Below the pieces are notes generated by a model. That model was not told the origin of the DNA. It saw only the letters and a program-made list of their open reading frames with translations, and searched no databases. From a virus (Duplodnaviria > Caudoviricetes): a DNA stretch of 45,319 bases. The translations under genes and the position numbers were made by a program. Shown here in pieces: positions 15,337 through 24,700 of this stretch (within the stretch, counting starts at the first letter, position 1; the number at the start of each line of letters is the position of its first letter). The stretch covers positions 1 through 45,319 of IMG/VR virus record IMGVR_UViG_3300011438_000006; one strand, written 5' to 3'.

Positions 15337-15658
15337 GAAAAGTGTTGCAAAAAAGACAGTTGCTAAGAAAGCTGTAACTCCAGTTAAGAAGGTAACCAAG
15401 ACACTTGTTACTAAGGTAACACCCGTTGTTAAAAAGGTAGCACCAAAAAAGAAGACAATTGCCAAGAAGGTTGATCCGGCAGTCAAAGAAATCACTAAGT
15501 TGAAGGATTTGGTTGTTCGCCTGGCACATGCCAATCTTCCTGATATGGAAGCTAAGTCTGTTGATGAGGTAGAAGATTGGGATTATTTCGTGGAGCAGTT
15601 GAATACAAGGATTGATGCATCTCTGGCATACAGACTTGAATCAGCAGAGGCAGAATAA
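15326..15658 (+). CDS. histone H1-like Lys/Ala/Val-rich protein
   Basis: PAKKSVAKKTVAKKAVTPVKK repeats, then acidic helical C-terminus. Confidence 0.7.
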   Translation: MPAKKSVAKKTVAKKAVTPVKKVTKTLVTKVTPVVKKVAPKKKTIAKKVDPAVKEITKLKDLVVRLAHANLPDMEAKSVDEVEDWDYFVEQLNTRIDASLAYRLESAEAE

Positions 15659-15756
15659 TGATTCTTGCCTACTCTGTTGATCTCGTTAAGCTTCTAATCA
15701 TTCTTGCCATCATCGTATGCGTTCTATTTATTGTTGGACGAGGTTGGCGTAGATGA
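15658..15756 (+). CDS. small membrane peptide (32 aa)
   Basis: MILAYSVDLVKLLIILAIIVCVLFIVGRGWRR; TAATG and ATGA overlaps. Confidence 0.55.
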   Translation: MILAYSVDLVKLLIILAIIVCVLFIVGRGWRR

Positions 15757-16661
15757 CCATTGCCTATGATCTCACAGAGAGTCAGTGGCGAAAATCATCT
15801 CTCCCTAAAATTACTGGACCTGCTCATAGCTGGGCTAGGATTCTGTATTTCAACGTCCACTTTGTAGGTTCAGTTGGAAGTTTGGCTAGTAGAAATGAAG
15901 TTGATTTGATGAATCAACTTCATGAAGGATTTCTGGCTAGACTTCCTACAGGATATTCTTTTGGATATTCCTCAGCTGTAGGGCTATCTGGAAGATCCTA
16001 TGAAGGTAGAGGAGATAGATATAGAGCCGCCTCCAACGGTATGGATACTGAACACGGTGAAGATGATATTGTAGGTAATCCTAGGATTGCAGATAACTTA
16101 GAAATCTTCAGCTGTGTTCTTTTGATTGGTCAGGCCGATATCCCCAATCAACGAATGATTGATGGAGTTAATAAGCTATATACTCAAATGCCCAAAGGTG
16201 TATTCGTTAATGGACATAGGGACATGGATCAAACGGGATGTCCTGGTGAGTGGGCTTATAAGATGACTAGAGATGGAACTTTCCATAGAATAGTAGGGAG
16301 TAACAAGGTGATTGATAAGTTTACACTTCTAGATCCTCCGGATCGTTTCTATGATTCAAGAGTTTATGATGATGATAAGCCACAGGGTCCGGGAATGGCA
16401 ACTTATGGCGTAAAGAAGTATGATGGTATTAATTTCCCCACTGCTGTAGAGGTTACTGTTACTGTAATTCCTCAAAACGTAGCAGAAGGTGATGGATTTT
16501 TGGGCGTTAATTCATCTGATTCATTTATCAACTGGAAGCAATCTGAAATCGGTAAAGCTATCCCAGCTACTGTATGGCTTCCAGTTAATGAGCGAGGTGA
16601 AATTTCTCTTTATTCTCAGGATACGGTGCATATTCTTTTGTCCGTTAGAGCCTATGCTTAA
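15753..16661 (+). CDS. endolysin, N-acetylmuramoyl-L-alanine amidase (Amidase_2/PGRP type)
   Basis: VH.., GY...YEGRG, GHRD...TGCPG zinc-amidase motifs; C-terminal beta domain starting FTLLDPPDRFYDSR. Confidence 0.88.
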   Translation: MTIAYDLTESQWRKSSLPKITGPAHSWARILYFNVHFVGSVGSLASRNEVDLMNQLHEGFLARLPTGYSFGYSSAVGLSGRSYEGRGDRYRAASNGMDTEHGEDDIVGNPRIADNLEIFSCVLLIGQADIPNQRMIDGVNKLYTQMPKGVFVNGHRDMDQTGCPGEWAYKMTRDGTFHRIVGSNKVIDKFTLLDPPDRFYDSRVYDDDKPQGPGMATYGVKKYDGINFPTAVEVTVTVIPQNVAEGDGFLGVNSSDSFINWKQSEIGKAIPATVWLPVNERGEISLYSQDTVHILLSVRAYA

Positions 16662-16723
16662 GGAGTAGAACCTGTGGCGGCAGAAATTAAGTGTGTAAAA
16701 GGAACCCTACAGAAAGTGGAGAC

Positions 16724-16900
16724 ATGAGTAAGATGCGTAAGGCTATTGCAGCTGGAATTGGTGCGTTAGGAACAGGACTTATTGCTTCTGTTGCAGATGG
16801 TGCTTTTACATTGATTGATGTTGTTATTGTAATTGGTGGTACACTAGCAACATTCGGAGCAACCTGGGGGATTTCTAACGATGGTTTTAATTCGGAGTGA
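16724..16900 (+). CDS. holin (two TM segments, start MSKMRK)
   Basis: RKAIAAGIGA...DG..T...ATWGISN pattern typical of actinophage holins; follows endolysin. Confidence 0.7.
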   Translation: MSKMRKAIAAGIGALGTGLIASVADGAFTLIDVVIVIGGTLATFGATWGISNDGFNSE

Positions 16901-17501
16901 TTCATTCCCAGTAGATAATACGTATGTTCCTCCTGCTGGGCAGGAGGTATATGATACTATTAAAGGATATACATATTTAGGCAATGGTTATAATACTATT
17001 GCTCAAATGAATCCTATTAGAAGTAATCCTCGAAACCCTAAAGAAATCATTTGTTGGTATCCGCTGAATGATGATACATCGCAATATACTTTGCTGAATG
17101 CTATGCAGATTCCTGGTAAATTGATGGCTGATGCTGTTAATACCGAATGCACTTTTGTTGCAGATATTCCACCAACATGGAGAGCTGTTACAGTTGATCT
17201 GCTTATTCATAATGTTAGTGCTGGTGTGGGGAATGTTAGATTCTTCACTGATCTGCAAGTGATGGATTTGGCAACATATCAAAATGAAAGTATCATACAG
17301 TCTACCGTAGTTCATGCTATGCCAGGGTTAACTAATAAGTATGCTTGGTATCAGAGAGCACTTAATCAGAGTATATATTTTGCCCTAACTGAAATTACTT
17401 GTCTTACTATGAGAGTTCAAAGAACTGGTGGACATGCTTCAGATACTTTTGCCGCAGATGTAGGTGTTCTCGCCTGTAGGTTTAGGGATGCGACAGCTTA
17501 A
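16881..17501 (+). CDS. beta-sandwich virion protein, paralogue of 23818-24324
   Basis: IPPTWRAV...NVSAGVGNV...ASDTFAADVGVL. Confidence 0.65.
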   Translation: MVLIRSDSFPVDNTYVPPAGQEVYDTIKGYTYLGNGYNTIAQMNPIRSNPRNPKEIICWYPLNDDTSQYTLLNAMQIPGKLMADAVNTECTFVADIPPTWRAVTVDLLIHNVSAGVGNVRFFTDLQVMDLATYQNESIIQSTVVHAMPGLTNKYAWYQRALNQSIYFALTEITCLTMRVQRTGGHASDTFAADVGVLACRFRDATA

Positions 17502-19024
17502 TGCCACGTAAAGCAGATGAGCTTCCTTTGCAAGACCTGCAAAGGATGCTTATTAATTCCGTCCGTAGAGCTAAGTTGACCCCTGGTATCGGGGGGTTCA
17601 AAGCTAACAACCGTAAACAAGGACGATTTCTTGCCTCAAAGAAGAAGGGCAAGATGTTTATGGGCGGAAACCGTTCGGGTAAAACAGTTGGAGGAGCGGC
17701 TCTAGCAGTCTGTTATATGACTGGAGAGCATACTCTTAGAGACGAGAACGGCGAAGAATTCCATTTAGATTACATTCCTCAAGCACCAACGAGAGGTAGA
17801 GTCGTAGGTGTTGATTTTAATCTGGGTATTAACCAGATTATTATTCCAGAAATTCAAAGATGGCTCCCAACTAAATATCTTATTGAAAATTCTTGGGACA
17901 AATCATACTCTAAGACTGATAAAATCCTTACGTTGAATAATGGTTCAACTGTAGAGTTTATGTCTTATGAACAAGAACGTGAGAAATTTCAAGGTACATC
18001 TAGAAATTGGACTTGGTTTGATGAAGAACCCCCAAGTGAAATTTTTAAGGAATGTCTAGTTCGTCTAATCGACACAGATGGTGATTGGTGGATGACTATG
18101 ACTCCACTTATTGAAATGTCTTGGACCTACGATACCCTATATGAACCAGCCTTAGCTGGAGAAATTTCTGTTGAAGTAATTGAAGTAGAGACGTTTGAAA
18201 ATCCGTATATTCGTAGAGAAGCCTATGATAGACTTACGGAGACAATGAGTGCAGAAGAGAAGAAAACTAGATCCACTGGCGTTTATATTTCGCATACTGG
18301 ATTGGTTTACGGAGAAGTTTTCACGACTACTAATAATGTATGTCCTGATATTCTCAAGTCTACTCGTTGGCCTGTACTACGTGATAATTGGTCTCATTTT
18401 CAAATGATAGACCATGGGTTTAATAACCCAACTGCTATCCTTTTTGGTGCGTATAATGAAGATAGCAAAATTATCATTTATAATGAGATTTATATTAACA
18501 AAACCATTATTCCTGATTTAGCTAGCAAATGGTTGCATCGTCAACTAGAATTAGGAATCAGCACTCAGTACATTATTGGCGATCCAGCGCTGGCTCAAAC
18601 AGATCCAGAGCAAGGTGTCACAAGACAAGCTCAATTTGCTGAACACGGAATATTCATTGGTTTGGGAAATAACAATGTTGACAGTGGTATCTCCTATGTG
18701 CAGATAATGTTCCGTGAGCAACAGCTCATCATAACGACAAGATGTAAAGAAACACTCAAAGAGTTACGTAAGTATCGTTGGGACAGACACCTTACAAAAA
18801 TTCGTGATCGTAGTAACTTGAAGGAAAAGCCTGTCAAGAAAGACGATCATGCAATGGATGCTATACGTTATGGATGCATGTCTCGTCCTACTAAGTTTAT
18901 AGAAAACACGCAAAGAGAAGTAATTCAAGGATTGCACATTGCTAGGCCAGCAACCGATTACGATTGGGAACAGGCATATAAAGACGAATTAACCATCGAC
19001 GAATTTTTGGGAAGCGAACTGTGA
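17501..19024 (+). CDS. terL: terminase large subunit
   Basis: GGNRSGKT Walker A, WFDEEP Walker B, TMTP, IDHG and KDDHAMDAIRY nuclease motifs. Confidence 0.95.
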   Translation: MPRKADELPLQDLQRMLINSVRRAKLTPGIGGFKANNRKQGRFLASKKKGKMFMGGNRSGKTVGGAALAVCYMTGEHTLRDENGEEFHLDYIPQAPTRGRVVGVDFNLGINQIIIPEIQRWLPTKYLIENSWDKSYSKTDKILTLNNGSTVEFMSYEQEREKFQGTSRNWTWFDEEPPSEIFKECLVRLIDTDGDWWMTMTPLIEMSWTYDTLYEPALAGEISVEVIEVETFENPYIRREAYDRLTETMSAEEKKTRSTGVYISHTGLVYGEVFTTTNNVCPDILKSTRWPVLRDNWSHFQMIDHGFNNPTAILFGAYNEDSKIIIYNEIYINKTIIPDLASKWLHRQLELGISTQYIIGDPALAQTDPEQGVTRQAQFAEHGIFIGLGNNNVDSGISYVQIMFREQQLIITTRCKETLKELRKYRWDRHLTKIRDRSNLKEKPVKKDDHAMDAIRYGCMSRPTKFIENTQREVIQGLHIARPATDYDWEQAYKDELTIDEFLGSEL

Positions 19025-19100
19025 AATATATTAGAGTTCCTTATCTCCTATTGAGGATAGGGCTAGCTAAATTATTTCCTCGAACAGCAGAAAGAATAAA

Positions 19101-19733
19101 ATGAGACCAATTCAGATTATGGATAAGCCTGTTGCAAACCCGTTTGTTTGCGCTTCATGCGGAGCAGGCAATGAACGATTGTTTTTTACTGATCTTGGTA
19201 TTGATACTCAATTTGAGAAGACTGACGAGCATAATGCTAAGTACGTTACTGAGGGTGTTATCTATTTGTGCAGTGAATGCATCACTAGTCTAATTGTTGA
19301 ATTTAATCGTAAGCTTACTCCATACCTCTCCCACTACCTAGTATCCAGAGGTTTCCTACAGGAAGCCAATAAGGATGAGATTAGAACGCTTCAAGACGAA
19401 GTTTTCATGCTTCGTGACTTGTTGAATGCAAAAGATGTAGAGAATCAAGAGATGAGATATGCTTTGCAATCTCGTCTTGATATGGAGAATGAAACAATTT
19501 CCCCTCCTGTATCAACTACTCCTACTGCGGATGAGTTGGTCGATAAGATGTTAGGAACGGATGCAGATGGAACTTCAGCCGGAACCAGTGATTCAACTGT
19601 TGATGGACGTGATAGCAACGCAGAAGGAACAGATCAGGTGCCAAATAGAGACTATTCAACAATTGAACCTGATAGTCTCGAAGTCGCACATTCTGCTTTC
19701 GCCCTCGGACATTTCAACACCGAAGATTCATGA
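19101..19733 (+). CDS. zinc-finger plus coiled-coil protein
   Basis: CASC...LCSEC, coiled coil, acidic tail. Confidence 0.7.
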   Translation: MRPIQIMDKPVANPFVCASCGAGNERLFFTDLGIDTQFEKTDEHNAKYVTEGVIYLCSECITSLIVEFNRKLTPYLSHYLVSRGFLQEANKDEIRTLQDEVFMLRDLLNAKDVENQEMRYALQSRLDMENETISPPVSTTPTADELVDKMLGTDADGTSAGTSDSTVDGRDSNAEGTDQVPNRDYSTIEPDSLEVAHSAFALGHFNTEDS

Positions 19734-19860
19734 ACCTGATACATCTTTGGATCCGGATTTAGACCACGACGATCATGAAGAACCCTATATTGATGGAGTT
19801 TGGAACGAAATAGATGGCGAACTCGATAAGCTCGACACCGGATCAGAAATTAGTAGCTGA
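19561..19860 (+). CDS. small coiled-coil acidic protein overlapping both neighbours
   Basis: AGGA SD; amphipathic helix then acidic tail. Confidence 0.5.
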   Translation: MQMELQPEPVIQLLMDVIATQKEQIRCQIETIQQLNLIVSKSHILLSPSDISTPKIHEPDTSLDPDLDHDDHEEPYIDGVWNEIDGELDKLDTGSEISS

Positions 19861-21835
19861 TTACTTAACTAAGTTTGATCTTGCAAAATCTGAAAGACAA
19901 CCATTCGAGAAAGAATGGTATAATAATCTTGCCATGTATTTTGGCAAGCATTATATGCAGTGGACAGGATCGACGACTACTGGATTTTCTATGTCTCAGC
20001 CAAAAGCAGCTGCATGGAGAGTTAGACTTGTAGCTAATCGCATTAAGACTATTGTCCGCAAAGAGAACTCGAAGGTCAATAAGGAACGAGGAATTTGGTA
20101 CGTTATTCCTCAGACTCCAGACGATGAGGATTTGGCAAAAGCCAGAATGGCTACTGCTATTTCAGATCAACTTCTTGATTCGAAGAATTATCAACTCAGA
20201 AAGCGTGAAACTATCTGGTGGAGAGGTGTTTGCGGTACAGGATTTATGAAAACGTACTTCGATCCATCGAAGGATATTTCATATCTTGCGCCATCTCCTT
20301 TTCATATCTGGGTTCCTAATCTTGAGGAACAAGATATTCAAGAGCAAGAATGGGTGTGTCATGGAATTGCCACAACAGTTGAAGCCGTCAAAGCTCTGTA
20401 TGGCGTTGAGGTCGAACCTGATTCTAATGCGGACATTCCTGAATCTAAGTTCAGACTTAGTCTTGGGCTTGCTAAAAAGGGTGACGTAAAGGATCATGTA
20501 TTCCTTAAAGAATTCTGGGTCAAGCCATGTTCAGAATTCCCAGAGGGTGCAATGTTTGTTATTTCAAATTCGCAGCTTATTTTTATGGCTGAGAAACCAC
20601 CTGAAATGCAAATGGATGCAGAAGGAAAACCAGTTCTGGATGCAGAAGGAAAACCTGTACAAATTCCTAAGACTACTAAGCCTAGTAACATTTTGGGCGG
20701 TGATGCTCCTGAGTCTGTATTCCCTTACAAACATGGTAAGTATCCATTTGCTAAGGTAGATCATATCCCTACAGGTAGATTCTATGCAGAATCCATCATT
20801 AAAGACTTGATCCCGATTCAGAAGGAATACAATAGGTCACGTTCACAAGGAATTGAAGCTCGTAATCTTACTGGAAAGCCGCAATGGGCAGTTCCAAAGG
20901 GTTCTGTAGATGTTCGTAAGTTGTCTGCACAACCTGGATTGGTTATTGAATATACTCCTGGATTTGATCCTCCATCCCCTGTTAAGAATCCTGAATTGCC
21001 TGCATATTTTCAAGTTGTTGAACAAGCATCTTTGATGGATATGGATTATATTAGTAATCAATACGAGGGTGGGCAAAGACCGCCACCCGGTGTTGAAGCT
21101 GCTTCTGCTATTGCTTATTTGCAAGAAGAAAGCGACGGCATTCTAGAGGAAACTATTGCTTCAATGGAGGAAATGGTTCAATCTATTGGTTATCAATCTG
21201 TTATGCTTGCTAAACAATTTTGGGATGAAAACAAGATGGTCCAGATTATTTCTGGCGACCAAGTTTATGAAGTGATGCAATTCAAGCAGAATTCATTGCC
21301 TGACCAAGTTGATTTTAAAGTTGAGCATGGCTCAATGGCTCCTCGTTCAAGAGCGGCTAAGCAAGCATTTATTATTGATTTGATTGATAAGCAATTGATT
21401 CCTCCAATGGAGGGATTGAAATATCTTGAAATGTCTGAAGTCTCTCGTTTGTATGCGGAATTGGCGATTGATACTCGTCAAGCAGAACGAGAAAACTTCC
21501 ACATGAAGATGGTTAAGCCTGAAACTCAGGCTCCACCTTTGGATGGCGCAGGTGTAGTAACTGGTCAACCTCCGGAACCAATGCCCCTCCAGAATCCCGT
21601 GATGGTAAATACGTTTGATAATCATCAGGCACATATTTATGTTCACGGTAAATTCATGAAATCACAGTCCTACGAACAACTCGACCCGCAGGTGCAAATG
21701 TTGTTCTTGGAACATTACAATTTGCACCTGGAGACTTACGGAAAGCAGATAACTGATGCCGGAGGAACAGATAACGGAAACGCAAACTCGTCTGGAAGCA
21801 CTTCAACTGAATCTGGGCAACCAACCGGAGCCTGA
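19814..21835 (+). CDS. portal protein (podovirus/P22-like)
   Basis: 673 aa after TerL; NRI, DEDLAKA, YPFA...PTGRFY..S....LIPIQKEYN; C-terminal DNHQAHIYVH. Confidence 0.88.
   Translation: MANSISSTPDQKLVADYLTKFDLAKSERQPFEKEWYNNLAMYFGKHYMQWTGSTTTGFSMSQPKAAAWRVRLVANRIKTIVRKENSKVNKERGIWYVIPQTPDDEDLAKARMATAISDQLLDSKNYQLRKRETIWWRGVCGTGFMKTYFDPSKDISYLAPSPFHIWVPNLEEQDIQEQEWVCHGIATTVEAVKALYGVEVEPDSNADIPESKFRLSLGLAKKGDVKDHVFLKEFWVKPCSEFPEGAMFVISNSQLIFMAEKPPEMQMDAEGKPVLDAEGKPVQIPKTTKPSNILGGDAPESVFPYKHGKYPFAKVDHIPTGRFYAESIIKDLIPIQKEYNRSRSQGIEARNLTGKPQWAVPKGSVDVRKLSAQPGLVIEYTPGFDPPSPVKNPELPAYFQVVEQASLMDMDYISNQYEGGQRPPPGVEAASAIAYLQEESDGILEETIASMEEMVQSIGYQSVMLAKQFWDENKMVQIISGDQVYEVMQFKQNSLPDQVDFKVEHGSMAPRSRAAKQAFIIDLIDKQLIPPMEGLKYLEMSEVSRLYAELAIDTRQAERENFHMKMVKPETQAPPLDGAGVVTGQPPEPMPLQNPVMVNTFDNHQAHIYVHGKFMKSQSYEQLDPQVQMLFLEHYNLHLETYGKQITDAGGTDNGNANSSGSTSTESGQPTGA
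20613..20655 (+). repeat. 24-bp-period in-frame duplication in portal (DAEGKPV x2)
   Basis: TGGATGCAGAAGGAAAACC at 20613 and 20637. Confidence 0.85.
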
Positions 21836-22601
21836 ACTTAATGGTAATGGTAATGGTCCACCTAATTTAGATGATACGCCCCCTGTAGGGACGCCTGATT
21901 CAGACGATGCGTTTGTAAATGAATTCCTTAAGAATGTTGATCCTGCGGATTTGCCGGCAGTAGAGAAGTATTACAAGGAATGGGGAAAACAAGTTACTCA
22001 AAGTTCTCAGGCAAGAGCCGCTGAACTTCAGAGATATCTTGATCTTGGTGTAGATTACGATGGCATTGTTGCTGCCGTTAATCTAATGAAGATCGGTGAT
22101 ACCGATCCTATGCTACTCTATACACAAATCGGCGAATTTCTTAAGGAAGAAGGTTTACTTAATATGCCCGAGGAACAGGAACCAGAAGTTGACCCAATGT
22201 TTGAGGGAGCTTCACCTGAATTAGTGAAGAAGTTTAAAGACATGGAGGCAAAAACTACCAAGTTTGAGACCTTCCAGCAAACTATTGAACAAGAACGTCA
22301 AAATGCAGAGGGCCAACGTGAGCTTGACAAGATGATGAAGGAGCTGCATACTAAGCATGGAGAGTTCGATGAGATGGCCGTTCTGGCGAGAATTATGAAT
22401 GGTCGCAAACCGGACGATGCAGTAAAAGATTATAACGATTATCTGAATAAGAATTACAATCCAAAGCCAAAGCCTATTGCACCACCTGTTCTTGGTGGTG
22501 GGAGAACTGCGGTGGATCAAGTGGATTCTTCAAAGATTAGACATGACAAGACAGCCCGAAAAGCACTAGTTAATCAAATTCTTGGAGGAATTGATTCATA
22601 A
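21756..22601 (+). CDS. capsid scaffolding protein
   Basis: Acidic, helical; between portal and capsid. Confidence 0.75.
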   Translation: MPEEQITETQTRLEALQLNLGNQPEPELNGNGNGPPNLDDTPPVGTPDSDDAFVNEFLKNVDPADLPAVEKYYKEWGKQVTQSSQARAAELQRYLDLGVDYDGIVAAVNLMKIGDTDPMLLYTQIGEFLKEEGLLNMPEEQEPEVDPMFEGASPELVKKFKDMEAKTTKFETFQQTIEQERQNAEGQRELDKMMKELHTKHGEFDEMAVLARIMNGRKPDDAVKDYNDYLNKNYNPKPKPIAPPVLGGGRTAVDQVDSSKIRHDKTARKALVNQILGGIDS

Positions 22602-23818
22602 TGTCCGCAACTCTTACCACTGTCGCTGGTATCCTCAAGGAAGTTTATGAGGGCCAGATTAACGATCAGTTGAACGAGGAAAGAATTACCATTAAGCGGC
22701 TAGAAAGAACCGCAGATGATGTTACTGAGAACATCGGTGGTAAGTATGTTGTCTTCCCCGTTCGCTCTACTAGAAACCACGGTATTTCATATCGTGCAGA
22801 AAATACTCAGTTGGCGGCCGCAGGTCGTCAAGGTTATAAGGCAGCTACCGAGCAACTTAAGTACGGTTATGGCCGTGTTTATTTTACTGGTCAGCTTCTT
22901 CGTCTTGCTAGAACCAATTCACAGGCTTTTTCTAATGCTCTTGATGAGGAAATGGATGGACTTAAGTCTGATGTTGGTAAGGATGAAAACAGAATTGCTT
23001 GGGGTCACCCAGATCAAGGTGCTCTTGGTCATACCGGAATTCTTGCTAAACTGACTTCTTCTCCGGCAGCTTCACTGACATTTACTGTTGATGACGCTCA
23101 CTGGATTGAAGCTGGCATGGTAATTGATACCGTTAACTCGGCTGGTCCTGCCGTTACTAACTCTGCTTTTACAGTTGCATCAGTTTCAGGTAACACTGTT
23201 ACTCTTACTGCTGTAATTACTGCGACTTCTGGTCATTACATTAGTCGTACTGGTAACTATAATCAGGAGCCTTACGGTATTTGCAACCTCGTTAATTCAG
23301 CGGGTGCGCTTCATGGACTTAATCCAGCAACTGCTACTCAAGAGTTCTGGAAGTCTACGATGGATATTACTACAACTAACCTCACCGAACTTGCCATGAT
23401 TACTATGGCTGATAGAATTAGAATTGCTGGTGGAGCTAAGGTTTCAGCAGTGTTCTGTTCTCTCGGAGTTCGTAGAGCTTATTGGAATATTCTTACTGGA
23501 CTTCGTCGGTTTAATGAGCCGAAGAAGTTTACGGGTGGTCTTGTTGGTTTGGCTTTCCAAGCTGATACAGATTCCGAGGAAATTCCTGTTGTAGCAGATC
23601 CTGATTCGCCAGCTTCCAATATGGCAATGATTACGGAAAAGGAAATGAAGATTTTCCGTGATAAGGATTGGTATTGGGAAGATATCGATGGTGCAGTTTT
23701 CAAGTGGGTTTCTAACTTCGATGCATACGAAGCTCTCTTGAAGCAATATTGGCAGTTGGGTACTCACAAGCGTAATGCTCACGGTAGATTTACTGCGCTT
23801 ACGGAGGTTTCAGCCTAA
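22601..23818 (+). CDS. major capsid protein
   Basis: ILKEVYEG, GKYVVFPV, C-terminal KRNAHG; 405 aa. Confidence 0.9.
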   Translation: MSATLTTVAGILKEVYEGQINDQLNEERITIKRLERTADDVTENIGGKYVVFPVRSTRNHGISYRAENTQLAAAGRQGYKAATEQLKYGYGRVYFTGQLLRLARTNSQAFSNALDEEMDGLKSDVGKDENRIAWGHPDQGALGHTGILAKLTSSPAASLTFTVDDAHWIEAGMVIDTVNSAGPAVTNSAFTVASVSGNTVTLTAVITATSGHYISRTGNYNQEPYGICNLVNSAGALHGLNPATATQEFWKSTMDITTTNLTELAMITMADRIRIAGGAKVSAVFCSLGVRRAYWNILTGLRRFNEPKKFTGGLVGLAFQADTDSEEIPVVADPDSPASNMAMITEKEMKIFRDKDWYWEDIDGAVFKWVSNFDAYEALLKQYWQLGTHKRNAHGRFTALTEVSA

Positions 23819-24324
23819 TGCCTATGGAACAAGATGACGGAACAAAAACATTTCAGTTGGTTCCATCTGGAATGTTTTTGCCCGCACAAATGTTTCTTGC
23901 GTCTGCCGCTGGTCCTGCTCTAATTATTTCTGATGCAATCCATCAAGCATGGGCATTGGATGGAGCAGGTGCATCTGAAGCTGTTTCAACAGGATTTGTT
24001 TGCCCACCCTACTGGGATGCGGTAGATATGTTCTTTTACGGATATAATGCAGGTGCAGGTGCAGGTGGGGTATCCATTGGATACTATATTGAGGATTTGA
24101 TTCAAGGTCAATCTCTTGTTTCTGAAACTCCCACCATTGCAAATTTCACTGTATTTACAGCCGTAGCGCAAGACCTGCTTTCCGTTGTAACTGGACCAAC
24201 AAAGGTTCCAACTACAAGAGGGGCATTCCATTCACTCAAGATTGGTAGAGACTCTGCACAAGCTGGAGATACTCTTGCTAATGACTGGGGACTTCTAGGA
24301 GTGCTGCTTAAGAAAGCAGCATAA
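23818..24324 (+). CDS. capsid decoration/minor capsid protein (putative)
   Basis: Coupled to MCP and followed by a terminator. Confidence 0.6.
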   Translation: MPMEQDDGTKTFQLVPSGMFLPAQMFLASAAGPALIISDAIHQAWALDGAGASEAVSTGFVCPPYWDAVDMFFYGYNAGAGAGGVSIGYYIEDLIQGQSLVSETPTIANFTVFTAVAQDLLSVVTGPTKVPTTRGAFHSLKIGRDSAQAGDTLANDWGLLGVLLKKAA

Positions 24325-24345
24325 TACCTCAAAGGAGGGGCAGAG

Positions 24346-24397
24346 AAGCTAGGGTTTGAGTTAGTGAGTGGCTGACTCAACCCTAGCTTTTTCTGTT
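24346..24397 (+). terminator. Rho-independent terminator after head genes
   Basis: AAGCTAGGGT...ACCCTAGCTT stem with inner TGAGTTAG/CTGACTCA, then TTTCTGTTT. Confidence 0.75.
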
Positions 24398-24412
24398 TAC
24401 GAAAGGATTTAA

Positions 24413-24700
24413 ATGGCTATTAGAGACGATAAATTTACTTTATCTACAACTCCTGAACTTATTTCTAAGGGGGGTGGAGGTAATAATAAAAAAACTATTT
24501 TGATTAAAGCTCCATCAGCAGTTATTTATTTGGGTGGCCCCACAGTTAATGCGGCAGATGGTTTTCCTATGGCAACTACTGATGTATTTTCATTAGAACT
24601 AGGATCTGGTGATGATTTATGGGCAGTTGCTTCAGCAGGAACTCCTACAGTTAATGTACTGGCTACTGACAGTGATGCTAGAATAAGTACAGGTGATTAA
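24413..24700 (+). CDS. small beta-rich virion protein
   Basis: IYLGGPTV...GFPM...DDLWAV; GAAAGGA SD. Confidence 0.7.
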   Translation: MAIRDDKFTLSTTPELISKGGGGNNKKTILIKAPSAVIYLGGPTVNAADGFPMATTDVFSLELGSGDDLWAVASAGTPTVNVLATDSDARISTGD

